Positions 49,910 to 62,461 of a stretch of 64,000 nt of DNA are shown one piece after another. Origin of the DNA: Macrostomum lignano (taxonomy: Eukaryota); NCBI GenBank assembly GCA_002269645.1, contig NIVC01000969.1, positions 114,621 to 178,620 of the forward strand, in the 5' to 3' direction. Positions within the stretch are counted from its first letter, which is position 1. Each line of letters starts with the position of its first letter. The notes beneath the pieces are model-generated. The model had not been told where the DNA came from. It saw only the letters and a program-made list of their open reading frames with translations, and made no database searches. A program made the translations under genes and the position numbers.

Positions 49910-51163
49910 ATGCAGCCGGAAGCTAACACCAGCGAGTGCGTGGGACAACTGCTTGACAGGTACAATGGCAGCATGACGGATATGCACATGCAACTGATAC
50001 CCTACGCTGTGTACACTAGCCGGGCCTTGATCCCTATATGGGTTATCATCGGGGTGCCGGGGGCGGTGCTCAGCTTCCTGGTTTGGAGCAGCCGGCGGAT
50101 GCGTTCCTCATCCAGCGTGTACCTGTGCGCCCTGGCCATCCTGGACTGTGCCTTCCTGCTGCTGGTGCAATTCCCCTACTACCTGTATATGCACTTCGAA
50201 GTTAAAATCCTTCGACCGGGCACGTGTCACGCATTCCCAGCTATCAACATGTGGTTGCAGTACCTGTCCCCGCTGCTCACTCTCGGCTTTACCATCGAGC
50301 GCTACATTAGCATTTGCCATCCGTTCAAACGGGACCGGCTGTGCACCGTGCGGCGTGCTTTGATTGTCACCGGCTGCATGACCGCCAGCTGCCTAGCGAT
50401 GGGTCTGGTGCAGGTGAACTTCTATCAATACAGCGAGGACGGCTGCTCGGAAGATCCGCGCATATTCGACCCGACCTCGCTGCAGAGCCGGGTGTACAAC
50501 GGCTGGACGAAGTCCACCGAAGTGATCTTCTTCGCCGTGGTGCCTCTGTCCATCCTGCTGTTCAACACCCTCGTGCTGATCCAGGCTCGCCGGGTCATGG
50601 AGAAACAGGTTGGCGGCAGCCGTCAGAGCAAGGGCAAGTCGGCCGCCACCACTGTGACCCTGCTGACGGTGTCGTTCTACCAGATTGGCGCCGTGCTCCC
50701 CGTCACCATTCTGCTGTTTGTCGGCATCCACGTTTACAGCAGCAACCTGAGCGTGCCATGCGACCAGCCGGACTCCCAGCTGATCCAGCTGCCCAACATC
50801 CGGCTGTTTGTAACCTACCTGGCTGTCAACAAGATCGTGGAGAGCCTGTCGGTTAGTCACTACGCCATGAAGTTCTTCATCTACCTGTTGACTGGCAGCA
50901 TGTTCCGGACTCAGCTGCTGGTCCTGCTCAGCTCCTGCCTGCCCTGCCTGGCCGGCCTGAGAGGGGGCGCAGAGAGCAACACCGCGGAGCTCCAGCTGCC
51001 GGTACACCGCACCTCGGAGGAGCGGCGGCGATGGCGTCGGAGGCAGACTGGCGGTGACGCCATCAACGAAGACGGCGACGAGGAGGCATCCAGTCAGCTG
51101 GCGCTCATGGCCGGCCCGCCGCTGGGCACAGGCAATGGTGAAATCATATCTCAGCATGCATGA
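49910..51163 (+). CDS. Class A (rhodopsin-like) GPCR, FMRFamide/myosuppressin/sex-peptide-receptor-like orphan
   Basis: 417 aa single ORF, seven hydrophobic segments; SSSVYLCALAILD (TM2), TLGFTIERYISICHP (TM3), AVLPVT (TM6), HYAMKFFIYLLTGSMFR (TM7/H8). Confidence 0.9.
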   Translation: MQPEANTSECVGQLLDRYNGSMTDMHMQLIPYAVYTSRALIPIWVIIGVPGAVLSFLVWSSRRMRSSSSVYLCALAILDCAFLLLVQFPYYLYMHFEVKILRPGTCHAFPAINMWLQYLSPLLTLGFTIERYISICHPFKRDRLCTVRRALIVTGCMTASCLAMGLVQVNFYQYSEDGCSEDPRIFDPTSLQSRVYNGWTKSTEVIFFAVVPLSILLFNTLVLIQARRVMEKQVGGSRQSKGKSAATTVTLLTVSFYQIGAVLPVTILLFVGIHVYSSNLSVPCDQPDSQLIQLPNIRLFVTYLAVNKIVESLSVSHYAMKFFIYLLTGSMFRTQLLVLLSSCLPCLAGLRGGAESNTAELQLPVHRTSEERRRWRRRQTGGDAINEDGDEEASSQLALMAGPPLGTGNGEIISQHA

Positions 51164-51840
51164 GGCCGGTTATTAGCAAAGGTCACAAAGTGCAGGTGGC
51201 CAGTTTGCAGCCAGAAATTTTAATTCCTCTAACAAGAACAAAACCACTTGCTTCGTGAATAATTGTTGTTTTGGTTGTTGCTGTTGTTGTTGTAAAAGAG
51301 CTAGATGCATTGTTTCTTTAGAATTTCACACAACAAGCGCACGATTTGAGGGTGAGGGCGAGACGCTGTCGGCACGAACCATGTCCAGCTTCACTGTCTC
51401 CATTCTCTGACTCAACCGCAGCTGATATTGAGCTGGAAAATTGTACTGAATTCTGCTTGCCCCGAGCCCAAGACTGACGCACACTATAGATAATCATTGA
51501 TTTCATAGTAGCTGCACCTAAAGTTGTAGATATGAGACCAAAATACACCTCTTTCTGTAGTTCAAACATATTTGTTATACCGTCTTTGTATCTTTGTTTG
51601 GTTACAGTGACTCTCAAACACTGACAATTCTTTCGCTTACAATACTCCATGACTGCTTTGTCTTGGATTGCTTTATGAAACGAAGCAACCGGAGCACCTG
51701 GGGGAGGGGCAGTCAGTAAATGCGGTTTATTCATTACTATCATGCAGATAGTCTGTACTGCGAACCATTGAAGCATGGAATCATGAAATTCAAGGTAAGG
51801 GGATACAGGGGTGACAGTTTCTTTTTCCTTTGAATTTCGC

Positions 51841-51917
51841 ACTAGACAGGTGGAGTGAACGGGGAAAGACGCCAGTCCCTTGAATTCTTCACTAGACAGG
51901 TGGAGTGAACGGGGAAA
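51841..51917. repeat. Local 50-bp-period tandem duplication
   Basis: actagacaggtggagtgaacggggaaa at 51841 and 51891. Confidence 0.85.
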
Positions 51918-52254
51918 ATTTCCAGTCCTCAAATGTTTTCTTCTCAATAAAAGCCCATATTGAAGGTGAGATTCTCCAGAGAAAAAGGGGATTAAAACTT
52001 CCGTATAGCTGCCCATGGGCATCAGGTTTCTCGGAATTCCTCCAGCCACCCCAAGCAGTCAAACGATGAAGGAAAGAATTTGGCATTTCTACATGTTGGG
52101 CTCCGAAGTTAGCCGTCAATAATATGAATTGCTGGCTTAGAATAGTTAAACAAATGGGAATGAATCAATACTGTCAATAGCGATTGCGACTCAATGCTGC
52201 TTACTAGCTCTGTGTAAAGTGACTTCGGTAAGGCTGCCACATCTCAGATTCCAT

Positions 52255-52500
52255 CTGCTTGATTCCAATGTCACACTCTTAAGCATTTCTACGAGTGTTT
52301 GATTCCAATGTCTCTGCAGTCCTGAGTCGATCTGTTCGATACAATGTCCAATGTCCCGATGTCCGATGCCTCAACGTTCAAATGTCCCAATATCCCAATT
52401 TCCAATGTCCCAAAGTCGAATGTCCCAACGTCCAATATCCAAATATCCCAATGTTCAATGTCCCTAGGTCCCAATTTCCAATATTCCAATGTCCAATAAC
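52255..52500. repeat. Degenerate 7-8 bp repeat (caatgtc/caatatc)
   Basis: Repeated ccaatgtc-like words. Confidence 0.75.
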
Positions 52501-53494
52501 CAGTGGGTTGACTGACGGCTGTTAATTCTCAGATTGCAGTAGTTTTTGTGCAGCAGATGTTTCCCAGAATCACATCGGTGGGTGAAAATTGGTTCAATAT
52601 AAAAACTGTCTTCAGCATTGTAAATGATAAGAGCTCGCATTGAGCTCTAGATCGGTTACATTTGCCGGCACTGTAATGCGACAGAGGCAACTAGGCGGAT
52701 TAATGCAGCTACTATCGAAGTGAGGCAGAACTGTCCCAATATGATGATTAAATTACAAGCTGTTTCAGAACGGCTATGATACAAATCTAATTGAATTGTT
52801 AATATTGTTTTATAAATTACACTAATCGCTTTAATTAATAGACAGGAACGCAACAGACTAAACTCTTATAGGGTACGAATCTGTAAATGCATGCTTCTAT
52901 CCACAATTATCAGTTCGGGATACTAGTATGCCTAATATTAACTGTATCAAATTTCAACCAGCTTGAAAAGATAAAGTTGCTTGTAAAACAATTCTGCCGC
53001 AAATTCTCTTTGATGTCTGGATGATAAAAATGCAAGAATGCGAATCCAAGTTATCTAACGTTTAGCTGCGGCGGCATATGCAGCCAGATGCCCAGACGTA
53101 GAGCTCCACCAAGGCGCTGACTCCTGATATTGATTCCAGCAGTTGCTCCCCGCTAATGTACATTTACCCCAATGTACAACTTTGATCAAGTGACTTATTT
53201 TCCTACCCTTATTATCGATCTAGCTTTCCTTTTCTTTGCATTAGCGGGAATTAAGTGTGAATTAATGACATCCGTGCTGGACAAAATAATACATGTACAT
53301 AAATGATTATCCGGTGTACAATAATGTACTTGCTTAGTATGCACTGTATGTACATGTATCCTATAGTTTGTAGAATGTATGTTTAAAGACAGTTGAATAA
53401 TTGCAAAAAGCTACCATTGCCGGTATGTCTGGGAAAAAATTATAATGCAATGCCTTCGGCGACATCTTGACCCACAACACAACAGTGCAGAAGC

Positions 53495-53720
53495 AATTCC
53501 ACTCATTCCACTGACTTCTGAGCACACCCACCACACGTTCTCAAAGTCAGGCATGTACACTCTCTGCGCCTTGGGGGTTGGCCCTCATGAGTGCGAATCG
53601 CTCGACAACCCCTGTTCAAATCTTTGTGCACAAGCCCGGTTGAAATGAATGCGGCCGCGCTCGGAATCGAACGTATGGCTAAGAGTCCAAGACGTGTTTA
53701 CCACTGAGCTGCTATGCCCC
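53495..53720 (-). mobile_element. tRNA-derived SINE related to family 2
   Basis: Minus-strand head gcagctcagtggtaaa...gttcgattcc; internal gagggccaacccccaaggcgcagagagtgtacatgcctga resembles gagggtcaaactcaaaggcacagtgaattgtacatgcctaa in the 34.1 kb copy. Confidence 0.65.
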
Positions 53721-56700
53721 TCGCATATACGGATTGGCAAATGCAAATTAGACTGGCACAAATGGAACGACAGACCTTTAAATATACGAGTAGGAAGTAG
53801 TGAGTACAGCTGAGCACTGATAGAAACAGAGGTTGCTAATGCGAGCTGGCTGGTAGAAATGCGAGTAAAAAATGGCCTTTCTAAAAGGGGTCAAGACTCC
53901 GCGCCACATCCGCGCCGTCTGAAGCCTCCCCCCCCGGGGGCTGCGAATTTATTGATACAAGGCGACTCGAGCATATGAGGGGACCGCCTTGTCAGTCTGT
54001 TTATCTCCCGCGGCCAAAAACCGAAACCCCACTTCGGCATATAGCTCGTATAGCTTATATTCGCGCGATTGGTTGCCAGGCCTGTCCTGGAAATGCGATA
54101 CATGTTTATGAGACTAGAATTGTGTTATACGACTCAATTTCCGTTTGGTAGTGCAACGATTGTTTTTTGGCGACGACCATTTTGACAGCTCAGTAGATGC
54201 GGATATTAACACACTTAAGTGTCTATTGAGCAATGAGCGGTTTTATTCTCTAGCTCACTGGCACAAGCGCGCAGGCTCTGGACTGGCAAAAAGGTAAACG
54301 TTGGCATAAACGCCGCACCGGCGCTGTCAATCTTTGGCACAAGCGCGCAGGCAAATGACGGCAGCCAGAGTCAGCAGTGCTCATTATCGCAACACATTTA
54401 TTTGCTCAATTCCCCGAAGCGCTTCACTGCGCTCACTCAGCAGGAGTCTTCTCTGGCAATACCGCTGACGTTTCCGTTTGCTTGTGCCAGGACTGGTGCT
54501 CATGAGGCTTTAGAACAATTTAAGATACAATTTTAACAAGTGATCAACTGCATTACACACTACGTGGCTTCGTACATGTATTAATTAAAGTTGGCAAGCA
54601 TTTTTGGACACATCGAGAGGAACAGGTAGACCGGGTCACCTCGGTTTGAACGAGATGTTTTCGCCAGTTCCACATTTGCTAAGCACTGCAGCGGACAAAT
54701 GCGAAGAAAGCCATGCAAAGCCTATAACTAGGTTTGTTGCTGCTCAGTAATGCAGCAACGAATTTTTTAAGTTAATAGTTAAGTTAATGATTTTTTTAAC
54801 TTGTGCAGGGCTGCGCAAATAAACTCGTTTTAAGGTTTCCATCAAATTCAAACTTCCCACCGCTTCGTCCCCCTCCCCCTTCCATTCTACTCTTGCAAAG
54901 AAGAGTAGAAGACTGACAGAAGGCTTCTTGTGCTCCAGGAGTGTATTGCTCATGCATGCGCAAGTTTTTTTGCACACTGAGCCCGGAGCATTGCCTAACT
55001 GTCCCGCACAACCGGTTCAGCAAGCACACTGCAGCTTACTCCGCAAGGCCTTTCTTTGTTCATTATTGTCTGAACAGTACTCCGACAGGCGAATATCAAA
55101 ATTTCAGGCCAGGCCACACGGCAAGGCCTGCTGCTGATGCTGTCTGGTGGGCACAAACAGAAGAAAATAGAACAGAAGAAGATAAGTCAATAATAGATCC
55201 CAGCATGGCTGCATCAATGTTTGCCAACACTTCTGTAGAGGCCTTCGCATCGCAGAGCTTAATACACAAGATAATTGCTTTCAGAATTTTCAAGGTATTG
55301 TACTGGTATGGGAGCACTTGAAGGACCTCACAATGAGCCAGTTGTCAACTGGAAGAGCAGCAAAGCTGGATGGCCAAGTCAATAATATTCTCATTTTTCT
55401 CATTCTACTCGGTGTTGACTGTACAAGCCCGCGGCCACTTGCAGAGCGGTCCGATTCAATTGACTTCGATTTTCTCCTCAGATGCGCGACAGCCTCGCCA
55501 TCAATCCGCGAGCAGCCAAACTTTTGCTCTGTGGCGGCCTCATTTCTCCCCATCACTCTTCCACTATGCTTGCCTGTCACTTCATCATGACGACTTAGCG
55601 GGTCAACTCCATTTTTCCACTTTCATATTGCGGCCTGTTTTCTCTACCGATTCAGCCAAATTTAATCACTACACTCGGTGCTATAGCGAGCCCTCTTCAC
55701 CAGCCATCATCAACGACTTGCATATGGCCAATCGATGCTTGAGAATTGACAGACAGGTCCACCACGGCTACCATGCCGTCAATTGCCGTCACATACACAC
55801 ACGGATAGGAGGAATTGAGTGCCAGGTAAACTACGAGTATGAACGCGAATTTTAGATTAAAATTTGTAGCTACTAAATAATTAATTTATTGCAGCAGAAT
55901 CGATAATCGTGCCCAGTAAAGTTTGACCTTACGAGGAATAGCGCGACAAAATTCAGTCAATAATCTTCCCCTAGCATTTAGAAGAAAGGCATATAAAGTG
56001 ATGTCCGCTTAAATAAGCTTAATTGGCGATCTAGCGCTACATAATCAGGCAATTTCTCCTTATCCCAAAGGAATAATGCAAAAATGCACAATGCGCAGGA
56101 CACCAATGCCTAACAAGCAGAATAGAAAGCCAACTAATTGACTTTTCGTGTGCAGCCGCGGTGGGTCGAGCAGGAAGAGGAAGAATGAAACCTGGAGCTG
56201 GGATATCACTGACACTTGATCTTCAGGGCATCCATGCTGACCGCCATTCAAAGTTAACGAAGCACGTGACTGATAGTACAATGATAGGAAATTCGTAAAC
56301 AATCTGAATGAGGCCAGCGGTGTGCTTTGGTGTGCGACAATAAAGCTGGCTTATTTCTGTTACACTACGACATTTGTTCAGCACATTAAGCTGTAAAGCA
56401 CTTAACAGCAGAGAGGTGTTTGCGGTAATTCAAGTCTGGGGAGGCGATAAATCGGATCCAGACTCCTCGTTTGTGGATGATATATTGACGAGTTAAGCCT
56501 GGGATCAAAGCAGTGCGCACTCACAGTTAACAGGAACCTCTAATCCGCAAGGGCGGGCATAAATTGTAGCAATTATTCAGTGCTGACTTGAATCTGCATG
56601 AATTCACGAACCTCTCTCGCAACAGAGACTAACAGCTACTCGACCTGTAGGCACATTATAGAGCGTATGACAAAACTAATGAGCAAGATCGACTGATGAT

Positions 56701-59700
56701 CCTACCTGGCTCACGTATCGAAAAAAGCTTACTGTTAATTCTTAAATTCTTAGTTAAGTACTTGAAAAGTTTGTACTAGCAGTGCTGGCAATACTTATTG
56801 TAAGCCGCTAAGCCACTGCATCCGTGACGCATAGCCTTCACTCAGACAATCATCAAATTTAATATTTCGTGAAGCTTTGATTTGTCAACTTGAAAAAGTA
56901 CTTTGCATCTGTTTTCTACCGTTATAGTTTCTTCGAATATACGAACTCATCAGAATATATGGCTTGGCAGGATTCAGTAACGATCAATTAGACGATCGAA
57001 GGAACAAGAAATGATAGGTTGTCAGCTCTCTTTTTCTGCTTTATTTTTTTTCGAGAAAGAAAGATAAGCCGATGAGATGGAGGAGGCGAACTTATTTAGC
57101 TTTAGGCCACTCGGCAAGGCCGGGAGCCGAGCTGCAGCAGCTGATTACTGCAATGCTAATACTTCGGTGCAGTTGCATTAATTAATTTATGGTGCAGGGC
57201 GCCAAGATTTTTTAACGGGGAAAGTTTTTTGTCTCATCAGCATTGAAAGTTGGTTAAGCTGCTTATGACTAAAAATAACCAGGCTTGACGACGAACAAAC
57301 GATTTCAAGAACGAACTAGAGCCGGTGGGGCTGCCAGGAAACTGCAAGCCTACACAATCTTTCATTTTCTCTCTTGCTTGAAGGCTTTAGTCATTCACAG
57401 TTGCAAGGGATTTAGTTCCATTACCCACTGACAGCGTGCATTGGTTAGGATATAATGCATCGAACAGTCTGAAAGGCACACGAATTGACCGAATCGTGTG
57501 CCTCACATTGCAGCCAAATGTGAGGGCGCACGAGTCGTATTTTTCGCTTATCTGTGCGAATGCCGCCGCGGTGCAGTTATTCAGATGGATTGAGGATTTC
57601 GAGCGAGGGGACATGTCTTGCGAGGCTGCAGACGCAGCCGGCTGATACATTCAGCTGTGTGGCGGCATCGCACGCCCTCAGCACATGGCGGCCATGAGGA
57701 GAAGCCTTCCCATAGTCGTGTTTACGCGGTGTTTACGCTGCCTAAACCTCTCCCTATCCTGCTGCCATGCGTAGCGCAAGTCACTACTATCTGGCGATCC
57801 AGCGCAGCGTTATATACGGCTGGTGCTGTAGCTCTAGCATCTGCATTACGAACGTACACTTAATGCAACTCCAGTTGTGCCAGAAGTCTGGCCAATAAAA
57901 AAACTATTCCAAACGAAGTATCTAATTCACAGAACCGCACGGATTCACATCGATGCCACTAGAAACAGAAACCAACCGAGAAGAGTCCTTCAGAAACAGG
58001 CATTCGGCATTGAGAGTTGAAACTCATGTGCAGCGGAGATCGCCAAAGACCACAAAAAGCCGGGTCAATAAGAATGACAAGCTCCAATTGACCCGACCGG
58101 CAGGCAGACACGACTATCCAAGCGGAGCAGGCGAAGGCAGAGAGAGGCCCGTCTGCTTTAACCAGCCCTGCGGGCGATTCTCGGCGGATCAGCTCTGTGA
58201 AAGATTGAATTATCTGACAGACACCACAGGCCGTGAGTAGCTATAATATAAGTTCTGTTTCGCTTTAATGCACTTCAGCAGCAGCATCTTTGTGCACACG
58301 CGAGCAGCTGCCAATGCACTTTTTAGCTCCGTTGCTTGCTTGCGCCTGCACAAAAATCATATCCATTCTCGAGTCGCTAGTCTGATTGAATCTATGAACT
58401 TCTATGAGTGGTAGAATTACAGGTGTTGATAGAACAGGATAAAAGGCTTGATGGTGTGTCGATGCTTTTCCTAATATTTTTATTTGAATAAATTATCAAA
58501 GCAACGTGATTTTACACAACCGTAGAATTATTATTAAGATAAATAACCCAAGCTAATTAGCAATTCATAACTGAGCCCACAGATACTAGAATAATAAGGC
58601 AACACAGACTGTGCCTTAAACAAAAGCGTCTGTTACCTGGGCTATAATTCAATCCAACACAGATAGATAGATAGATAGGTTCATTGATTGATTGATATGT
58701 AGATAGTTTATCTGTCTTCTATCTATCTATTTATCTACATATCTATCCCCGAACGTAGCTCCCAACGCTTTACTCTCTAATTACTAAATCTAAAATGCAA
58801 AGATAATGAGCAAGATAAAACATCACAGTACATGTGCCACTTGGTGAGTCAAATTGTTGTGAAGAGTGTCCGATTGCAATAGTTAATAGTAGTGTGAAAT
58901 TTTGTCCAGATCAAAATGCAACAACCTGTTTATTGTAGCTTGATGCTTGCTGACTTAAATTATGCATTTTTATGCGCTCGCCTTGCTTTAATAATGGTAA
59001 TAAAATAGAGATTTTGCATGGCATGACGGTTAATAAATTTTTGAGCTTGCACTCTAGCCAGAACAAAAAAATGTTTAGACGCACAGTCTGCCTACTTTAG
59101 CAAATAAACCTGAAGTAGTCAGATAAGAAAATGCGGGAGCTAAATAGGCTGTGTGTTGCAAAATAAAATATAATTAAAAGTATAAACAATAGACGCAGAC
59201 AAAAACTAGGTACGAAAAAGTTCAGTGAAAGTTTCACCCAAATAGCACCAACTAAAATACAGCCGAAAATGCACAGAAGAAAACAATATAGAGAATAGTT
59301 GGAGCACATCGGTATTAGAACAGGATTGAAGTTGTTTTCTTTTATTAATTTAGGTTTGAGTTTAATGTATATATACATGTATATGTGAGATCATAAATAG
59401 GCCAAGTTTAGATGACAGTATGAAGGACAATATAAATACATTGAACTGCAAGCTCGCAGTAAGCGGTTTCACAAGCTAAACAGACTGTGTATGAAAAATG
59501 CAACCCAAATGAACGGAAATGTTCAGCCAAATAAGATTTGAGCCTAACCCGCTTGGACAGACTGGGAAGATAAAAAATTGGAATATTTACTAAGATAAAG
59601 TGAACAAAAGTATTAATAATTTTATAACTAATAATGCACACAAGATTGGCAGGTATATAGTAGTAGAATAGAGTAAAATATATTGCAAGCCCAACACAAA

Positions 59701-59726
59701 GCACCTACTACTTTAAGTAGCTTATA

Positions 59727-61379
59727 TCAATGCTTCTGACTGTTAACAATCTTGCGCAGATTTGCGCCAGGCGGAGTGTTCCACACGGCGCTGCTGCTCC
59801 TTGGCGCCTTCTCAGCGGCCGCTGGGAACACCAGCTTCATTGTGGCTGCCAGGTCCAAGGTCTCAACTGGTTTGAACACCGACCACCAATGCGGACCGCG
59901 GAGGGTCTGCTTAGCGAAGAAGCGGTGCTTATGGTTGCCCTGCACCCAGCGAGGCAGCGCGTGCCGCGGCGCGTCCTCGTTATCGGTCTCGGCGTCCGAG
60001 TTCAGATCGTCAAGCGGATAGGTCTGCGGCGACGAGCGCGGCGGCGGGATCAGCTTTTCTCGTAGGCGGTGGTTGGCACAAACGGCTGCGACACTTTCAG
60101 CGCCTCCGACTGCTTCTTCCAGGCTAGCTGGGACTCGCGCTCCTCAGCTTGCGCTGCCGCTGCCGCTTCCTCCGCCGCTTTGCGTCTGCGCTCGGCCTCC
60201 TCGGCCGCCGCCTTACGCTGCCGTTCCGCTTCCTCCTCTTTCGCTTTCCGATTTCGTTCAGCTTCTTCAGCTGCTTTTTTCTTTGCCTCTTCAGCAGCAG
60301 CCAACCGCTTCCGCTCTGCTTCTTCAGCCGCTCTTTTTCGTTCCGCTTCTTCCTCTGCCAATTTTCGTGCCGCCGATCGCTTGCGATCCGCCTCCTGCTT
60401 TTCGGCCAACTTTCTGCGCTCCTCCTCTTCAGCCGCTTTCTTTCGCGCTCCGCCTCCTCATTTTTGCGCCGCTGTTCCTCCTGCTTTTTCTGCTCTTCCT
60501 CGGCTTTGCGCTTCTCCTCGGCCTTGCGGTGCTCCTCCTCAGCTCGGCGCTTGCGCTCCGTCTCTTCGCGTCGTTTGGCCTCGGCCTGCAGAGTCTGCGC
60601 CACCCGGCCAGTCAGTTCAGTCTGCGCCAACTTCTGCGCAGACCTAGCCTGAACCTCCTGCTGACGCTTCTGCGCATTCTCCAGAACGCGTTTGCGCTTC
60701 TCCTCCTTGTCGCGAGCCTTCTGCGCGCGCAGCTCTTCGGCTTTCTCGCGGCGCTTGCGCAGGCGCTCCTCTTCGGCGCGCTCCTTCTCTTCTAGGAGGC
60801 GCCGGCGCTGTCGCTCCTCTGCGGCATCGTCAGAGGCGCGCGATACGGCCGCTCCGCCGCCGGCATCGTGCGGCACCCGAGAGCGCGTCTTGCTACCCTG
60901 CGCCTTGCTGGTGGAGGCGGTGCCATACCGACCAGACGATGACGATTGCGGAGCCCCGGCGCCTCCGCTACACTGACCGGCGACCGGGGTGCGGCCAACA
61001 GCGGCGGCAGCGCAGCCATCGTCAACAGACATTAGAGAGACATTGGGGTCCACTAGCTGGCAGCTGACATCCTCTGTCATGTACGACGAGCCGGCTGCTG
61101 CCTCCCTATTGACTGCCGGAGTTGAAATCGACGCCTTCTTGGCGCCTTTTGGCGACGAGGCGGCAGCAGCGGCCCCTACAAAATGCGGAGCGACCAGCGG
61201 CGCGTGAAACTGACGTGATACGGCCGTGGCAGCCGGGGTCATGCAGGCCGGGGCCCGGTAAGGAGCTGCGCCGGCGGTGCGCTGCTTCTTTTTTTCAGCC
61301 TCGGCTGTGCCAACGATGCCGCGGGTGAACGGCGAGGCGGCCACGGGAGAGCGAAGCCGCTTTTTGGACGACTCGGCAA
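59727..61379 (-). CDS. INCENP: INCENP homologue, main exon: SAH/coiled coil and IN-box (two internal frameshifts)
   Basis: cccttccag acceptor; E/R/K-rich single-alpha-helix; IN-box DDLNSDAETDNEDAPRHALPRW...LDL...RSSSAVWNTPP matches INCENP DLNSDDSTDDE.HPRKPIPTW...RTSSAVWNSPP; TGA at 59727-59729. Confidence 0.85.
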
Positions 61380-61420
61380 CTGGAAGGGGGAGAGGAGATG
61401 TGGAATGAAAGAAAGATAGC

Positions 61421-61800
61421 TACTCACCCACTCTACCACTACCACAGCAGTCAGCACTGAAGCTACTCACCCACTCTACAACAGCAGCCAGTCAGCACTA
61501 AAGCTACTCACCCACTCTACAACAGCAGCCAGTCAGCACTAAAGCTACTCACCCACTCTACAACAGCAGCCAGTCAGCACTGAAGCTACTCACCCACTGA
61601 ACCCCAGCAGGCAGTCAGCACTGAAGCTACTCACCCACTCTACAGCAGCCAGTCAGCACTGAAGCTACTCACCCACTCTACAACATCAGCCAGTCAGCAC
61701 TGAAGCTACTCACCCACTCTACAACAGCAGGCAGTCAGCACTGAAGCTACTCACCCACTCTACAACAGCAGCCAGTCAGCACTAAAGCTACTCACCCACT
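61421..61800. repeat. 41-bp minisatellite (10 units) in INCENP intron
   Basis: cactgaagctactcacccactctacaacagcagccagtcag. Confidence 0.95.
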
Positions 61801-62043
61801 CTGCCAGCGGCGGCCGGCCGTCCCCTAGCAGACGTGCTATTAGTAGAAATAGCAGCTGACGCAGCCGCGGCCGCCGCTCGCCCGGTGCGGGTGCTGCGAG
61901 CCGGAGCAGCGGAGGCGGCCGCGACAGCCCGAGTACGCGTGGTCCTGGCGCCAGCGCCAGTAGTGTTAGACGCCGCATTGGCGCCATTAATAGGACTACG
62001 CGAGCGCCGTTTTGAACTGGCCTGAACGCCGAGCATTTCAACG
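61796..62043 (-). CDS. INCENP: INCENP homologue, second segment (low-complexity S/T/R/A region)
   Basis: Frame of ORF 61788-62036; ends at phase-1 donor G|GTGAGT, matching phase of acceptor at 61380. Confidence 0.65.
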
Positions 62044-62096
62044 CTAAGCGGGCCATAAATATCGTCAGCCCAATAGTAGCCGTGGTCGCTGTTGAC

Positions 62097-62320
62097 AAGT
62101 TCGAAGCGGCAGTGGCGCCGATTCGCTTAGCTTTTTTCTTGGGCTTCGGAGTCTTAGTGGGCAGGGGATTCAAGTTGCGACCCTCAACGAGGCCGGGCAT
62201 CCGTTCAAATGCCTGCTCCAGGAAGGCCAACTGCTCGCTATAGAGCTTCTCCGTGGCCTCCTCGGCCTTCAGACGCCAGCGGAGAAGTCCCAGACCGGGA
62301 AATGTAGGGCAGTTGGCCAT
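62097..62320 (-). CDS. INCENP: INCENP homologue, N-terminal (CEN-box) segment
   Basis: ATG at 62320; LAFLEQAFERM...PLPTKTPKPKKK resembles INCENP LVWLEEIQEEAERM...LMPKTPSQKNRRK. The 3' boundary is uncertain (weak donor or indel). Confidence 0.65.
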
Positions 62321-62461
62321 GGCTTTGCTTTGGAGCAGCAATGTGTTAAAAATTATCTATGCTAGACTGTCGATGTTCACTTAGTTAGATGGTCAGATGT
62401 TTGAAATTTTAGTCTGAACTTTAAGACGTGAAAGTAGAATTTGATGGGCTGTAGGCTATAT

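Noticed and set aside
52108-52521. 8-bp inverted words (agccgtca / tgacggct) around the caatgtc repeat
   Set aside because: Too short and no target-site duplication.
54900-55860. Cluster of short ORFs with protein-like composition
   Set aside because: No recognisable domain or consistent splice-phase chain; could be a decayed element but cannot be supported.
57436-57645. QLFRWIEDFERG resembling a mariner transposase HTH segment
   Set aside because: Single short match, no DDD domain or TIRs found.
60050-60450. Programmed -1 ribosomal frameshifting as explanation for the INCENP breaks
   Set aside because: No in-frame X XXY YYZ heptamer at the sites; at the KKK A-run a -1 slip meets TAA immediately; three successive events would be implausible.
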